From: Parcubacteria bacterium C7867-006
Lineage (GTDB): Bacteria; Patescibacteriota; Minisyncoccia; Phycocordibacterales; DATDWN01
DNA length: 64,000 bases
Direction: 5' to 3'
Assembly (NCBI GenBank): GCA_001189155.1
Contig: LFCP01000001.1
Span: forward strand, 147,779-211,778
Position numbers and translations under genes: made by a program. Under the pieces are notes generated by a model. The model ran no database searches and was not told the DNA's origin. It saw only the letters and a list, made by a program, of their open reading frames with translations. Each line of letters opens with the position of its first letter. The stretch's first letter is position 1. This document shows, one piece after another, positions 29,476 through 39,055 of the stretch.

Positions 29476-30407
29476 TGTCTAATACTTCAAAAAATATAAT
29501 TAGTGCCCTCATTCTTCTCGGAGTGATTTTTTATTTTCGAACAACATTACAGAATTATTGGCGTTATCTAGAGAGAACATATTTCCCTTGTAAATCTCCA
29601 ATTAGTTACAGTATCGGAACATTTGATACAAGATTTGGAGTTTCAAAAGCTGATTTTCTTTCAGCTATGAAAGAAGCAGAGGCAATATGGGAAAAACCTA
29701 TTGGTAAGGATTTATTTTCTTATTCAACAGACGGAGCTTTAAAAGTAAATCTTATCTATGACACTCGTCAGGAGACAACAAAACAATTGCAGGTTATGGG
29801 TATAACATTGAAAAATGATAAAGCCACATATGATGAAGTAAAAGCAAAATACGAAACTGTTTTGGTCCAATACAATCAAGAAAAAGCAGAGTTTGAGTCT
29901 AGAGTTTCTGCTTTTGAAATACGTAAAACTACATATGAAACAGCGGTCGCACAAGCAAATAGAAGAGGTGGTGCTGATAAAACAACATATGCAAAACTGA
30001 CTGCTGAAAAAGAGTATCTGCAAAATGAAAGCGCCTCACTGGTTAATTTACAAAACCAGTTAAATAAGGATGCTAGTAATGTTAACTCTCTCGTTTCTGC
30101 ACTAAATGATTTAGCAAAAGCTCTAAATATAAATGTTAAAAATTACAATACAATAGGAGATAATCTTGGTGGTGAGTTTGACGAGGGTTTGTATAAAGTT
30201 GATGCCAATGGAGAGGAAATAGATATCTATCAGTTCGATAATAGAACAAAACTTATTAGAGTCTTGGCTCATGAGTTAGGTCACGCTTTGGGTTTGGATC
30301 ATAATGAGGATCCAAAAGCTATAATGTACAGATTAAACAACGGTGTTAATGAAAAGCTAACAAATACTGATTTGATTGAGCTGAAAAATCTGTGCGGAAT
30401 TAAATAG
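29475..30407 (+). CDS. Matrixin-like zinc metalloprotease (metzincin)
   Basis: HELGHALGLDHNEDPKAIMY (HExxHxxGxxH plus Met-turn), N-terminal TM helix, central coiled coil. Confidence 0.75.
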   Translation: MSNTSKNIISALILLGVIFYFRTTLQNYWRYLERTYFPCKSPISYSIGTFDTRFGVSKADFLSAMKEAEAIWEKPIGKDLFSYSTDGALKVNLIYDTRQETTKQLQVMGITLKNDKATYDEVKAKYETVLVQYNQEKAEFESRVSAFEIRKTTYETAVAQANRRGGADKTTYAKLTAEKEYLQNESASLVNLQNQLNKDASNVNSLVSALNDLAKALNINVKNYNTIGDNLGGEFDEGLYKVDANGEEIDIYQFDNRTKLIRVLAHELGHALGLDHNEDPKAIMYRLNNGVNEKLTNTDLIELKNLCGIK

Positions 30408-30415
30408 CTCAGATA

Positions 30416-30444
30416 TTTACTTGTATATTTTCTGATGCTAGTAT
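30416..30444 (+). promoter_or_regulatory. Sigma70-like promoter of GC-rich cassette B
   Basis: TTTACT, a 17-nt spacer, then TAGTAT. Confidence 0.4.
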
Positions 30445-30475
30445 CTTTTGGGACGTACAAACACATGGGGGGTTT

Positions 30476-30658
30476 ATGTTGTATTTGCGCGGGGTGTCTG
30501 GTCCGAGAAAGATACTCGCAACTCATCCTGAACTGAAGGAACTGCCGCCATTTGAGCGGACAGTCGCCATGATTAGGCTTCTCCGTCAGGAAGCTGAACG
30601 GCTCAAGTCGAAGAAGATCGAACAGTTCGATCGCGAAATTCCAGAATTGTTGTTCTGA
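30476..30658 (+). CDS. Small helical protein (GC-rich cassette B, 60 aa)
   Basis: GGGGGG precedes the ATG. Product is MLYLRGVSGPRKILATHPELKELPPFERTVAMIRLLRQEAERLKSKKIEQFDREIPELLF. GC-rich with its own terminator. Confidence 0.45.
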   Translation: MLYLRGVSGPRKILATHPELKELPPFERTVAMIRLLRQEAERLKSKKIEQFDREIPELLF

Positions 30659-30668
30659 ACACTCCACA

Positions 30669-30701
30669 CAGTCGGGCTTCGGCCCGACTGTTCCCGTTTT
30701 T
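30669..30701 (+). terminator. Intrinsic terminator of cassette B
   Basis: cagtcgggc-ttcg-gcccgactg (9-bp stem, UUCG loop) then ttcccgttttt. Confidence 0.7.
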
Positions 30702-30702
30702 G

Positions 30703-30773
30703 TGCGGGATACGAGAATCGAACTCGTGTCTCATCCTTGGGAAGGACGTATCATACCACTAAACTAATCCCGC
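30703..30773 (-). tRNA. tRNA-Gly (anticodon CCC), CCA not encoded
   Basis: Reverse complement is GCGGGATTAGTTTAGTGGTATGATACGTCCTTCCCAAGGATGAGACACGAGTTCGATTCTCGTATCCCGC; close to E. coli tRNA-Gly; anticodon loop TTCCCAA. Confidence 0.8.
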
Positions 30774-30844
30774 TTATCCAGGATTATATCACCGCATTCA
30801 TATTCTACAATTTTAAACTTTTATATTTTAAAAATATTGTTATA

Positions 30845-31531
30845 ATGCTTTTTATGACAAAAAATATTTTAATTAGTCTCGTCTTGGTTTGTGGAATATC
30901 TGTCTGTGGCTATTATTTATTCTCAGACAAAAAATCTGAAGTTGCAGGTTCTCTTGTTTCAAGTATCCCTGCTGTTGATAATACTACTCAGGTAGCGACA
31001 ACAGCTGTTTCTCCTGTTACTTCCTTAACGGAGTCGGCTCAAATTAAAAGTGATGATAAAAAAACACATATGATTACAATAGATACAAATTATGGAAAGA
31101 TAGTTTTTGAAACTTACGATGCAGATGCTCCAAATACCGTAAAAAACTTTGTAACTTTAGCAGACAAAGGATTTTATAACGGCCTTACATTCCATCGAGT
31201 AATAAAAGGCTTTATGATTCAGGGAGGGGATCCAAATGGAAATGGAACTGGAGGTCCTGGTTATCAGTTTGCTGATGAACTTGACCCAAATACACCATCA
31301 TATAAAGCTGGTTATAAAAAGGGAGTTGTTGCTATGGCTAATGCCGGCCCAAATACAAACGGAAGTCAGTTTTTTATAATGACAGCAGACTATCCGCTAC
31401 CTAACAACTACACTATTTTTGGGAAAGTTGTTTCAGGTCAGGATGTTGTAGATAAGATCGCAAGTGTCCAAACTGGGGCTAATGACAAGCCTGCTTCTCC
31501 TGTTGTAATGAAAACTGTTACAGCAAATTAA
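30845..31531 (+). CDS. Cyclophilin-type peptidyl-prolyl cis-trans isomerase (secreted/membrane-anchored)
   Basis: FHRVIKGFMIQGGDPNGNGTGGPGY...SQFFIM. Start moved to the ATG at 30845, because the longer track ORF would overlap the tRNA. Confidence 0.8.
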   Translation: MLFMTKNILISLVLVCGISVCGYYLFSDKKSEVAGSLVSSIPAVDNTTQVATTAVSPVTSLTESAQIKSDDKKTHMITIDTNYGKIVFETYDADAPNTVKNFVTLADKGFYNGLTFHRVIKGFMIQGGDPNGNGTGGPGYQFADELDPNTPSYKAGYKKGVVAMANAGPNTNGSQFFIMTADYPLPNNYTIFGKVVSGQDVVDKIASVQTGANDKPASPVVMKTVTAN

Positions 31532-31676
31532 GTCTATTGACTTTCGAATGCAATAGGTGGTATAATAGTACCAATGTAAGTTTCTCACAGGTTTTCGCAT
31601 TTTCATTTTTGAAAGTAGGAAAAGGAGAGAGTACTAGTCGTCTTACAGTTTTAAAATAAAGACTAGTGAAAATATA

Positions 31677-31988
31677 ATGGCAAAGAAGTTATACGTAGGA
31701 GGTATTGCATATTCTACTTCAGAGACAGCATTGAAAGATGCTTTCGCTCAGGTTGGAGAAGTTACATCTGCTACAATTATCATGGATAGAATGACAGGCC
31801 GATCAAAAGGATTCGGTTTCGTCGAGATGGCAAACGATGCTGACGCAGAGGCTGCTATCGCAAAGTGGAATGGTCAGGAACTAGATGGACGAAAGCTTAC
31901 AGTAAATGAAGCTCGACCTATGGAACCTAGAGCACCACGAACAGGAGGCTTTGATCGTGGAAACGATCGAGGTGGCCGAACATGGTAA
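31677..31988 (+). CDS. RRM-type RNA-binding protein
   Basis: KLYVGGIAYSTSE...RSKGFGFVEM (RNP2/RNP1), Gly/Arg-rich tail. Confidence 0.8.
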   Translation: MAKKLYVGGIAYSTSETALKDAFAQVGEVTSATIIMDRMTGRSKGFGFVEMANDADAEAAIAKWNGQELDGRKLTVNEARPMEPRAPRTGGFDRGNDRGGRTW

Positions 31989-32032
31989 TCTCTCCGTTTA
32001 GTTTTAAAGGCTAAACAAACAAAAAACCGCAG

Positions 32033-32066
32033 AGTTTAATTGCTCAGCGGTTTTTTGTTGTCTCAA
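32033..32066 (+). terminator. Intrinsic terminator
   Basis: aaaaccgcagag...ctcagcggtttttt. Confidence 0.7.
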
Positions 32067-32092
32067 AATACTCACGTGATACAATTAACACA

Positions 32093-32551
32093 ATGAAAAG
32101 TGATAAAATAGCTATAATTTTTATATTGGTAGCTGTTTTTATAATTATTGTTGTTCTTTTATCTAACTTTACTTATAGGGCAAGGGTTGTTGTTGGGGGT
32201 GCTGTTTTCAATGTGGATGTTGCTGAGACAAAATATCTCTTAGAAAAGGGTCTTTCTGGTCATAAACCTCTTACAAAAGATGAGGGAATGTTTTTTGTTT
32301 TTCAAAAACCAGATAATTACGGATTTTGGATGAAAGATATGCTTTTTCCAATAGATATCATATGGATCAGTTCAGATTTTAAGATTACACACATAGAAAA
32401 ATCTGTTTTACCAGAAACTTATCCAAAAGTTTTTTATCCAGAAATAGATTCAATGTATGTTTTGGAGATTTCTGCTGGTAGTTCTGATGCTTTAAATTTA
32501 AAAATTGGTGATTCTGTGCAATTCTTTAGAAAGACTTCAAAAAACTCCTAA
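32093..32551 (+). CDS. DUF192-family protein
   Basis: N-terminal TM helix; GMFFVFQKPDNYGFWMKDMLFPIDIIWISSD fits the DUF192/COG1430 pattern. Confidence 0.6.
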   Translation: MKSDKIAIIFILVAVFIIIVVLLSNFTYRARVVVGGAVFNVDVAETKYLLEKGLSGHKPLTKDEGMFFVFQKPDNYGFWMKDMLFPIDIIWISSDFKITHIEKSVLPETYPKVFYPEIDSMYVLEISAGSSDALNLKIGDSVQFFRKTSKNS

Positions 32552-32672
32552 ACAAAAGCCTATTTTGGCGAGGTACTTTACATATTTTTTAATTCGTTTT
32601 ATGGCGATCCAGAAAGGGTTTATCCACAGTTCTTTCTGTATGAGTTTGGAGTAAAATTGATAAACAAATCTG

Positions 32673-32713
32673 AAAAATATTGATGATTTTCATAAAAAAT
32701 CATCAATATTTTA
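32673..32713. promoter_or_regulatory. Perfect 18-bp inverted repeat (candidate operator) upstream of nrdA
   Basis: aaaaatattgatgatttt-cataa-aaaatcatcaatattttt. Confidence 0.5.
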
Positions 32714-32765
32714 TAAAAAGCGCGAGAAATTATTAAAATTTATCAATTTTTAATTTATTTTTAAT

Positions 32766-35513
32766 ATGAGTATAACAGTCACTAGGCACGATGGTAAAAA
32801 AGAACCTTTCAATGCAGATAAAATCAATCGTTCTATAGAAAGAGCGTGCTACGGACTGTTTGATCCAGTCTCAAAAGTAACTCAAATCGCGACTGAAACA
32901 CAACTCACTCTTTATGATGGAATTACAACTGATGAAATGGATCAGGCGACCATTAATGCAGCTGTTCAAAATATAAAAGATGATATTGAGTACGACATAG
33001 TAGCAAAAAGACTTCTACTAAAAACTCTCTACAGACAAGTTATAAAAGATTTTCATCCTAGTGATGAGGTAGAAGTATTTGCAAACAAACATAGAATAAG
33101 TTTTATTGATTTTATAGAAACAGGAGTAGCAAACGGAAAGCTTCATCCAGAAATGAAAGCAAAGTTTAATCTAAATGAACTAGCGAACACACTTAAAATA
33201 GAAAGAGATGAGTTATTTCAGTATGCTGGACTAGATGGATTGATAAATAGATATTTAATAAAAGATATAAACCAGAAGCCTATTGAGGTTCCTCAGTACT
33301 TCTTTATGAGAATTGCAATGGGGCTTTCATATAATGAAAGCAACCCAACAGAAATGGCAAAGAAGTTTTACAACAAAATGTCCAGACTAGAGTATGTTGC
33401 TGGAGGTTCAACTAATCTTGCTGCTGGAACAATTAACCCTGCACTTTCTAACTGTTATTTGTTGGAAATTCAAGATGATATGAGACATATTGCAAAGTCT
33501 GTTTCTGATGTAATGCTTCTCTCAAAAGGTTCTGGAGGAATTGGAGCTTCTGTTACAAAACTTCGTGCTTCAGGTTCTCCATTGAGAAAATATGGAGGAA
33601 CATCTACTGGACCAACTCCATTTGCGAAAATAATCGATACTGCTATTCGTGCTATCCAAAGAGGTGGAAAGAAAAAAGGTGCTCTATGTTTCTATATGGA
33701 GAACTGGCACATTGATTTTCCAGAGTTTTTGGATTGGAAAAAGAATAATGGTGATGACTATATGAGAATGCGAACAGCAAACACTGCTGTATTTCTATCT
33801 GATGAGTTTATGAAGCGCGTAGCTTCTGGAGATGAGTGGTATATGTTTGATCCCGCCGAGACAGCTGATTTAAATGAATTGTACGGAGAGGCTTTTTCAA
33901 AGAGATACGTTGAGTATGTAGATATGGCTAACGCAGGAAAATTAAGAGCTTTTAAAAAAGTTCCAGCTAGTGAACAGTACAGACAAATTTTGACAGAACT
34001 ACAAAGTTCATCACATCCATGGCTCGTTTGGAAAGATTCAATAAATCTTAGAGCGTTAAACAATAACACTGGTACTATTCATATGAGTAACCTTTGTACA
34101 GAAATTTGTTTACCTCAAGACAGGGATAATGTTGCTGTATGTAATCTAGCATCACTTAACCTTGCAGCTCACATAAAAAATAAAGAAGTAAATTGGTCAC
34201 GACTAGAAGAGTCAGTCAGACTTGCAGTAAGACAGTTAGATAATCTTATTGATATAAATGTTCTTCCTATTCCAGAGGCTGCAAAGTCTGACAGAGAGAA
34301 CAGAGCAGTTGGACTTGGCGTTATGGGATTTTCTGACACTATTGAACAGCTTGGAATGTCTTATGACTCACCGCACGCATGGGATTTTGCTGACAGGATA
34401 TTTGAGTTCGTTTCATATATGGCGATAGATGAGTCAGCAAATCTAGCTCAAGAAAGAGGAAGTTATACAAATTTCCAGGGTTCAGAATGGTCTAAAGGAA
34501 AAGTTCCAATAGATACACTAGTTACTCTTGAGGAGGGAAGAGGGCGACCTCTTACAGTCTCTAAAACAAGTAAACATAAAGGACTTAATTGGGACGTTTT
34601 GAGATCAAAAGTTTCAAAGGGAATGCGAAACGCAACTCTAATGGCTGTAGCTCCAAATGCAAATATCGGTTTACTCGCAGCTACAACTCCAGGAATAGAT
34701 GCTAGATTTGCACAGGTATTTTCTAGAAATAAAATTTCAGGAAAATATCTAGATATAAATCATAATCTCGTAAAAGATTTAAAAAATATGGGAATCTGGG
34801 ATGATGTAAAGGAGCAGATTATTGAAAATCAAGGAGATATTGCTGGAATATCACTTATTCCTCCTCACATAAAAGAAGTTTACAAAACATCATTTACAAC
34901 TTCACCTTATGCGTATATTGAAGTTGCTGCTAGAGCACAAAAATGGGTTGATCAAGCTTTATCACGAAATATGTATCTAGAAACTAGAGATATTGATGAG
35001 ACTATGCAGATATATAGTACTGCTTGGGAAAAAGGTTTGAAGTCTACATACTATCTACATATGAAACCTAGACATACAGCAGAGCAGAGCACAACAAATG
35101 TAAATAAAGCTGCAAAAATTGGAAAGGTTGGATTCGGTGCGTTGAATTTTTCAAATTCACCAGCTTTTTCTGCACCACTTCAGAAGTCTCTTGATGTAAA
35201 TGTTCCAACTCAGGCTCCGATAGTAGAACCTGTAGCAGTAGTTTCTCCTATGACAGCAAAACAAGAGGCTATTGCTAATATAACTTTGGAGGAAGAGATA
35301 TTGGTTTCAACTTCTATTGTAAAAACAGAGCCTGTATTTTCTCAACCAGTTATGGTAAAAGAGGAAGTAGTTGTTCAGGAAAAAGTTCTGGTTAGTGAGG
35401 CTCCAAGAAATGAATACAAACCTCTTGAGAGAGTGGTTGGGGAGAAAAAATATAATATTATCGCTCCGGAGGATCCGGCGGATAGTGATAATATTTGCAT
35501 CGCCTGCCAATAG
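32766..35513 (+). CDS. nrdA: Ribonucleotide reductase large subunit (class I alpha-type, with ATP-cone and C-terminal extension)
   Basis: N-terminal ATP cone (VTRHDGKKEPFNADKINRSIERA), NLCTEI active-site motif, C-terminal CxxC; followed by the R2 gene. Confidence 0.8.
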   Translation: MSITVTRHDGKKEPFNADKINRSIERACYGLFDPVSKVTQIATETQLTLYDGITTDEMDQATINAAVQNIKDDIEYDIVAKRLLLKTLYRQVIKDFHPSDEVEVFANKHRISFIDFIETGVANGKLHPEMKAKFNLNELANTLKIERDELFQYAGLDGLINRYLIKDINQKPIEVPQYFFMRIAMGLSYNESNPTEMAKKFYNKMSRLEYVAGGSTNLAAGTINPALSNCYLLEIQDDMRHIAKSVSDVMLLSKGSGGIGASVTKLRASGSPLRKYGGTSTGPTPFAKIIDTAIRAIQRGGKKKGALCFYMENWHIDFPEFLDWKKNNGDDYMRMRTANTAVFLSDEFMKRVASGDEWYMFDPAETADLNELYGEAFSKRYVEYVDMANAGKLRAFKKVPASEQYRQILTELQSSSHPWLVWKDSINLRALNNNTGTIHMSNLCTEICLPQDRDNVAVCNLASLNLAAHIKNKEVNWSRLEESVRLAVRQLDNLIDINVLPIPEAAKSDRENRAVGLGVMGFSDTIEQLGMSYDSPHAWDFADRIFEFVSYMAIDESANLAQERGSYTNFQGSEWSKGKVPIDTLVTLEEGRGRPLTVSKTSKHKGLNWDVLRSKVSKGMRNATLMAVAPNANIGLLAATTPGIDARFAQVFSRNKISGKYLDINHNLVKDLKNMGIWDDVKEQIIENQGDIAGISLIPPHIKEVYKTSFTTSPYAYIEVAARAQKWVDQALSRNMYLETRDIDETMQIYSTAWEKGLKSTYYLHMKPRHTAEQSTTNVNKAAKIGKVGFGALNFSNSPAFSAPLQKSLDVNVPTQAPIVEPVAVVSPMTAKQEAIANITLEEEILVSTSIVKTEPVFSQPVMVKEEVVVQEKVLVSEAPRNEYKPLERVVGEKKYNIIAPEDPADSDNICIACQ

Positions 35514-35660
35514 AACCTTTAAATTTGACGAATACCACAAGGGTACTTCTTGTTTTCTAGCTCACTTCGTTCTCAAGAAAACAAAGTCGCTCCCTCGTTC
35601 AGTTTCATTTAAAAGTTCTATGATGAGCAGATTATTTATAAATTTAATTAAAATAAAATC

Positions 35661-36668
35661 ATGACACTAATAGGAAAACCATCACCGACGGATATGAATT
35701 TGCATCCTCTAAATTATAAGTGGGCATATGATTTATATAATCAAGCAGTGAGAAATACTTGGTTTCCACATGAAATTGCTTTAAAGGAGGATTTGGAGGA
35801 TTTTGAAAAAATGACAGAGGATGAGAGGCATGCAGTAAAGTTTTTGATGGCCTTTTTTAATCCTGCAGAGCTCATAGTTAACAGGTCTATTGCTTTGGGT
35901 ATATATCCGTATTTGAAATCTCCAGAGTGTCATTTGTATCTAGCGAAACAAATGTGGGAAGAAGCAAACCACTGTGTGTCTTTTGAGTATGTTTTGGAAA
36001 CCTTTCCTTTCGATAGAGAGTCTGTTTTTAATACTCATCTAGAAGTTCCATCTATGATTGCGAAAGAGGCCTTCATAAACAAATACCTTTCTAGAATGAC
36101 AGATGACAAGCTTGATATTGATACAGTTGAGGGAAAGAAAGATTTTATTAGAAATTTAGTTGCTACAAATATTGTGATGGAGGGAGTTTGGTTCTATTCC
36201 GGTTTTATGGTTGCTCTTTCTTTTCGACAAAGAAATCAACTTAGAAACTTTGGTTCAATGATAAACTGGGTACTACGAGATGAAAGTTTACATCTAAAGT
36301 TTGGTATCAATCTCGTTCATAACATTTTGGAAGAAAATCCAGAACTACTAACAGAGGAGTTTGCTGCTGAAATCAGAAATATTGTCATAGAAGGTGTTGA
36401 TCTAGAGGTTGCTTATAATAAAGATCTATTCCCAAATGGAATACTTGGTCTAAATGCGGATTATGTTAACCAGTACGTACAATATGTCGCAGACAGAAGA
36501 CTTCAGGAGCTTGGAATGCCTAAATATTATAACGCAACAAACCCAGCAAAGTGGATGAGTACTGCGACAGATGTGTTTGAACTAGTAAACTTCTTTGAAT
36601 CACAGAACACTAGCTACGAGGTTGATTCTCATTCAAGTGGAACAAAAAAAGAAAATCCTGCCGAGTAG
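35661..36668 (+). CDS. nrdB: Ribonucleotide reductase small subunit (R2, ferritin-like)
   Basis: EEANH iron-ligand motif, EGVWFYSGF, 335 aa. Confidence 0.8.
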   Translation: MTLIGKPSPTDMNLHPLNYKWAYDLYNQAVRNTWFPHEIALKEDLEDFEKMTEDERHAVKFLMAFFNPAELIVNRSIALGIYPYLKSPECHLYLAKQMWEEANHCVSFEYVLETFPFDRESVFNTHLEVPSMIAKEAFINKYLSRMTDDKLDIDTVEGKKDFIRNLVATNIVMEGVWFYSGFMVALSFRQRNQLRNFGSMINWVLRDESLHLKFGINLVHNILEENPELLTEEFAAEIRNIVIEGVDLEVAYNKDLFPNGILGLNADYVNQYVQYVADRRLQELGMPKYYNATNPAKWMSTATDVFELVNFFESQNTSYEVDSHSSGTKKENPAE

Positions 36669-36722
36669 TTTTTACAGTTTCCCATTTTAGGAGTAAATTT
36701 GATATAATTTACCTATTATTTC

Positions 36723-37781
36723 TTGAACATTTTTAATATGTCATTTTTTAGCAAAAACAAAAAGATAAAAGTTGCGATAAACGGTTTTGGTAGAATCGGA
36801 AGACAATTCCTAAAAGAGAGTTGGGATAGAGAGGAACTAGAAGTTGTTGCTGTAAATGATTTAGGAAATGTTGATAATATGGCCTATCTTTTAAAGTACG
36901 ACACCGTGTATAAGACTTGGAAGCATGATGTATCTGTAAAGGATGGAAATCTGGTTATAGATGGACGAGTGGTAAAATTTGTTTCTGAAAAAGAACCAAC
37001 AAAACTTCCATGGAAGGATTTGGATATTGATGTGGTTGTGGAGTCCACAGGACTTTTCACTTCATATGACAAAGCATCTGTGCATCTACAAGCTGGAGCA
37101 AAAAAGGTTGTGATTTCTGCACCCGCAAAAGATGGTGATGATGCTGGCGTTAAAGGTGAAACTATTTTAATGGGTGTAAACGAAGAAAAGTTTGGAACAT
37201 GTGATGTAACTTCAAATGCATCTTGTACAACAAATGCAGCTTCACCACTCATTGCTATTATGGACGAGAACTTTGGTATAGAAAAAGCAATTCTTAACAC
37301 TGTGCATGGATATACAGCTAGTCAGGCCCTGGTTGACGGTCCATCAAAGAAAGATTTGAGAGAGGGAAGAGCAGCGGCACAAAATATAGTTCCATCATCA
37401 ACAGGTGCTGCTATAGCTGTTACAAAGGCATTTACAAAACTAGAGGGGTTATTTGATGGTATTTCTATCAGAGTACCAGTTCCAGCTGGGTCTATTGTTG
37501 ATGTAACTTTTATTTCAAAGAAAGAAACCACAGCAGAGGAGGTCAACGATGTGCTTAGAAAGGCTGCAGCCAACGACAGATGGAAAAATATTTTCTCTGC
37601 AACAGATGAGGAACTAGTTTCATCAGATATTTTGGGTAGTCATTATGGTTCTATTGCTGATCTCAAAATGACACGTGTTGTTGGTGGAAACCTGGTTAAA
37701 GTAATGGCTTGGTACGATAATGAGGCGGGATATACTCACACTCTCATAGACCATGTTATAAAAACGGCTAACGCCCAATAA
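36723..37781 (+). CDS. gap: Glyceraldehyde-3-phosphate dehydrogenase
   Basis: KVAINGFGRIGR Rossmann motif, SCTTNA active site. Confidence 0.9.
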   Translation: MNIFNMSFFSKNKKIKVAINGFGRIGRQFLKESWDREELEVVAVNDLGNVDNMAYLLKYDTVYKTWKHDVSVKDGNLVIDGRVVKFVSEKEPTKLPWKDLDIDVVVESTGLFTSYDKASVHLQAGAKKVVISAPAKDGDDAGVKGETILMGVNEEKFGTCDVTSNASCTTNAASPLIAIMDENFGIEKAILNTVHGYTASQALVDGPSKKDLREGRAAAQNIVPSSTGAAIAVTKAFTKLEGLFDGISIRVPVPAGSIVDVTFISKKETTAEEVNDVLRKAAANDRWKNIFSATDEELVSSDILGSHYGSIADLKMTRVVGGNLVKVMAWYDNEAGYTHTLIDHVIKTANAQ

Positions 37782-37943
37782 CATTCAGGTCTTTTTATCC
37801 AATTTCTGCGTTGGAATTTCAAAAATATTCGTCACCTTAGTGTTAAACTAAGGTTTCTCATATTTTTTTATTCCGCCTTGAACTTGAATAAAAATCCACT
37901 GAATTATTTTTCAATACGTGTTTAGTAATGGTATAATATCTCC

Positions 37944-38390
37944 ATGCGAATCTATATAGGTTCAGATCATGCTGGTTTTGAGATGAAGAGAAATCTCATT
38001 GCATTTTTGATTGAACAAGGATTAGAAGTCTATGATTGTGGTCCAAAAGAATATAACCACGAAGATGATTACCCAGACTACATCTCTGTAGTAGCATCCA
38101 GCGTTTCAAAAGACAAGGACTCGAAAGGAATTGTTTTGGGTTGGTCAGGACAGGGTGAGGCTATGGTGGCCAATCGTTTTCCAAATGTTCGTTGTTCTCT
38201 TTACTATGGTGGTTCAAAACATATATTAACTTTAGCTAGAGATCATAATGATTCAAATGTACTTTCATTAGCTTCTCATTTTATTACAACTCAAGAGGCT
38301 AGGGAGGCTGTGCTTTTATGGCTCCATACTCCATTTTCAGGTGAGCCAAGACATATTCGTAGAATAAAGAAAATAGAACAGTATGACTAA
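37944..38390 (+). CDS. rpiB: Ribose-5-phosphate isomerase B
   Basis: MRIYIGSDHAGFEMK; 148 aa. Confidence 0.8.
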   Translation: MRIYIGSDHAGFEMKRNLIAFLIEQGLEVYDCGPKEYNHEDDYPDYISVVASSVSKDKDSKGIVLGWSGQGEAMVANRFPNVRCSLYYGGSKHILTLARDHNDSNVLSLASHFITTQEAREAVLLWLHTPFSGEPRHIRRIKKIEQYD

Positions 38391-39054
38391 AGTCCTGCCA
38401 GCCATTATTCCTGTAAATAAAGTTCAGTTGGAAGAAGAAATTAATAAAGTTTCTAGTTTTGCTGATTTTATTCAAGTTGACATCGCAGATGGAACTTTTG
38501 CTCCTGTTAAAACTTGGCCATATAACAGCAGAGACGAAGAATATTTTGAACAACTAAAAACTCAAAATACTGGTTGGCCAAAATGGGAGTATGTTGATAT
38601 AGAACTTCATATGATGGTATCCAATCCAGAGAATATTTTGGAGGAATGGATTTCAACTGGTATTTCTTCTGTTGTTGTACACATAGAAGCAACAGAAAAT
38701 TTTCAAAAAATTATAGATATTTGTAAAAACAATGAAGTTTCTGTTGGAGTTGCTGTAAAACCAAGTACAGATATTTCAAAAATAGAATCGATAGTCTCCC
38801 AAATAGATTTTATTCAAGTTATGGGTTCAGATAACATAGGTAGACATGGAGTTGAGCTTGAAGAAAAAGCTATTGAGAGAATAAAAGAATTGCGAAAGCT
38901 TTATCCAGAGCGTATAATTGCTATTGATATAGGTGTAACGACTGAAACCGCAGAGAATCTGGTAAGGGCTGGTGCAAATAAATTAATCTCTGGCGGTGCA
39001 ATACTGAATTCAGAAAATCCGGAGGAGGTTTTTGATTTTCTATCATCTCTTTAA
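38383..39054 (+). CDS. Ribulose-phosphate 3-epimerase family protein
   Basis: TIM-barrel pattern DIADGTF.P...HMMV...GVAVKP...QVMGS; pentose-phosphate gene neighbourhood. Confidence 0.55.
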   Translation: MTKVLPAIIPVNKVQLEEEINKVSSFADFIQVDIADGTFAPVKTWPYNSRDEEYFEQLKTQNTGWPKWEYVDIELHMMVSNPENILEEWISTGISSVVVHIEATENFQKIIDICKNNEVSVGVAVKPSTDISKIESIVSQIDFIQVMGSDNIGRHGVELEEKAIERIKELRKLYPERIIAIDIGVTTETAENLVRAGANKLISGGAILNSENPEEVFDFLSSL

Positions 39055-39055
39055 A

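Noticed and set aside
30299-30667. 122-aa minus-strand ORF
   Set aside because: Antisense to cassette B and the end of the matrixin gene; no SD; an artefact of the GC-rich insert.
30737-30844. 5' extension of the cyclophilin ORF
   Set aside because: Would overlap tRNA-Gly; the start was moved to the ATG at 30845.
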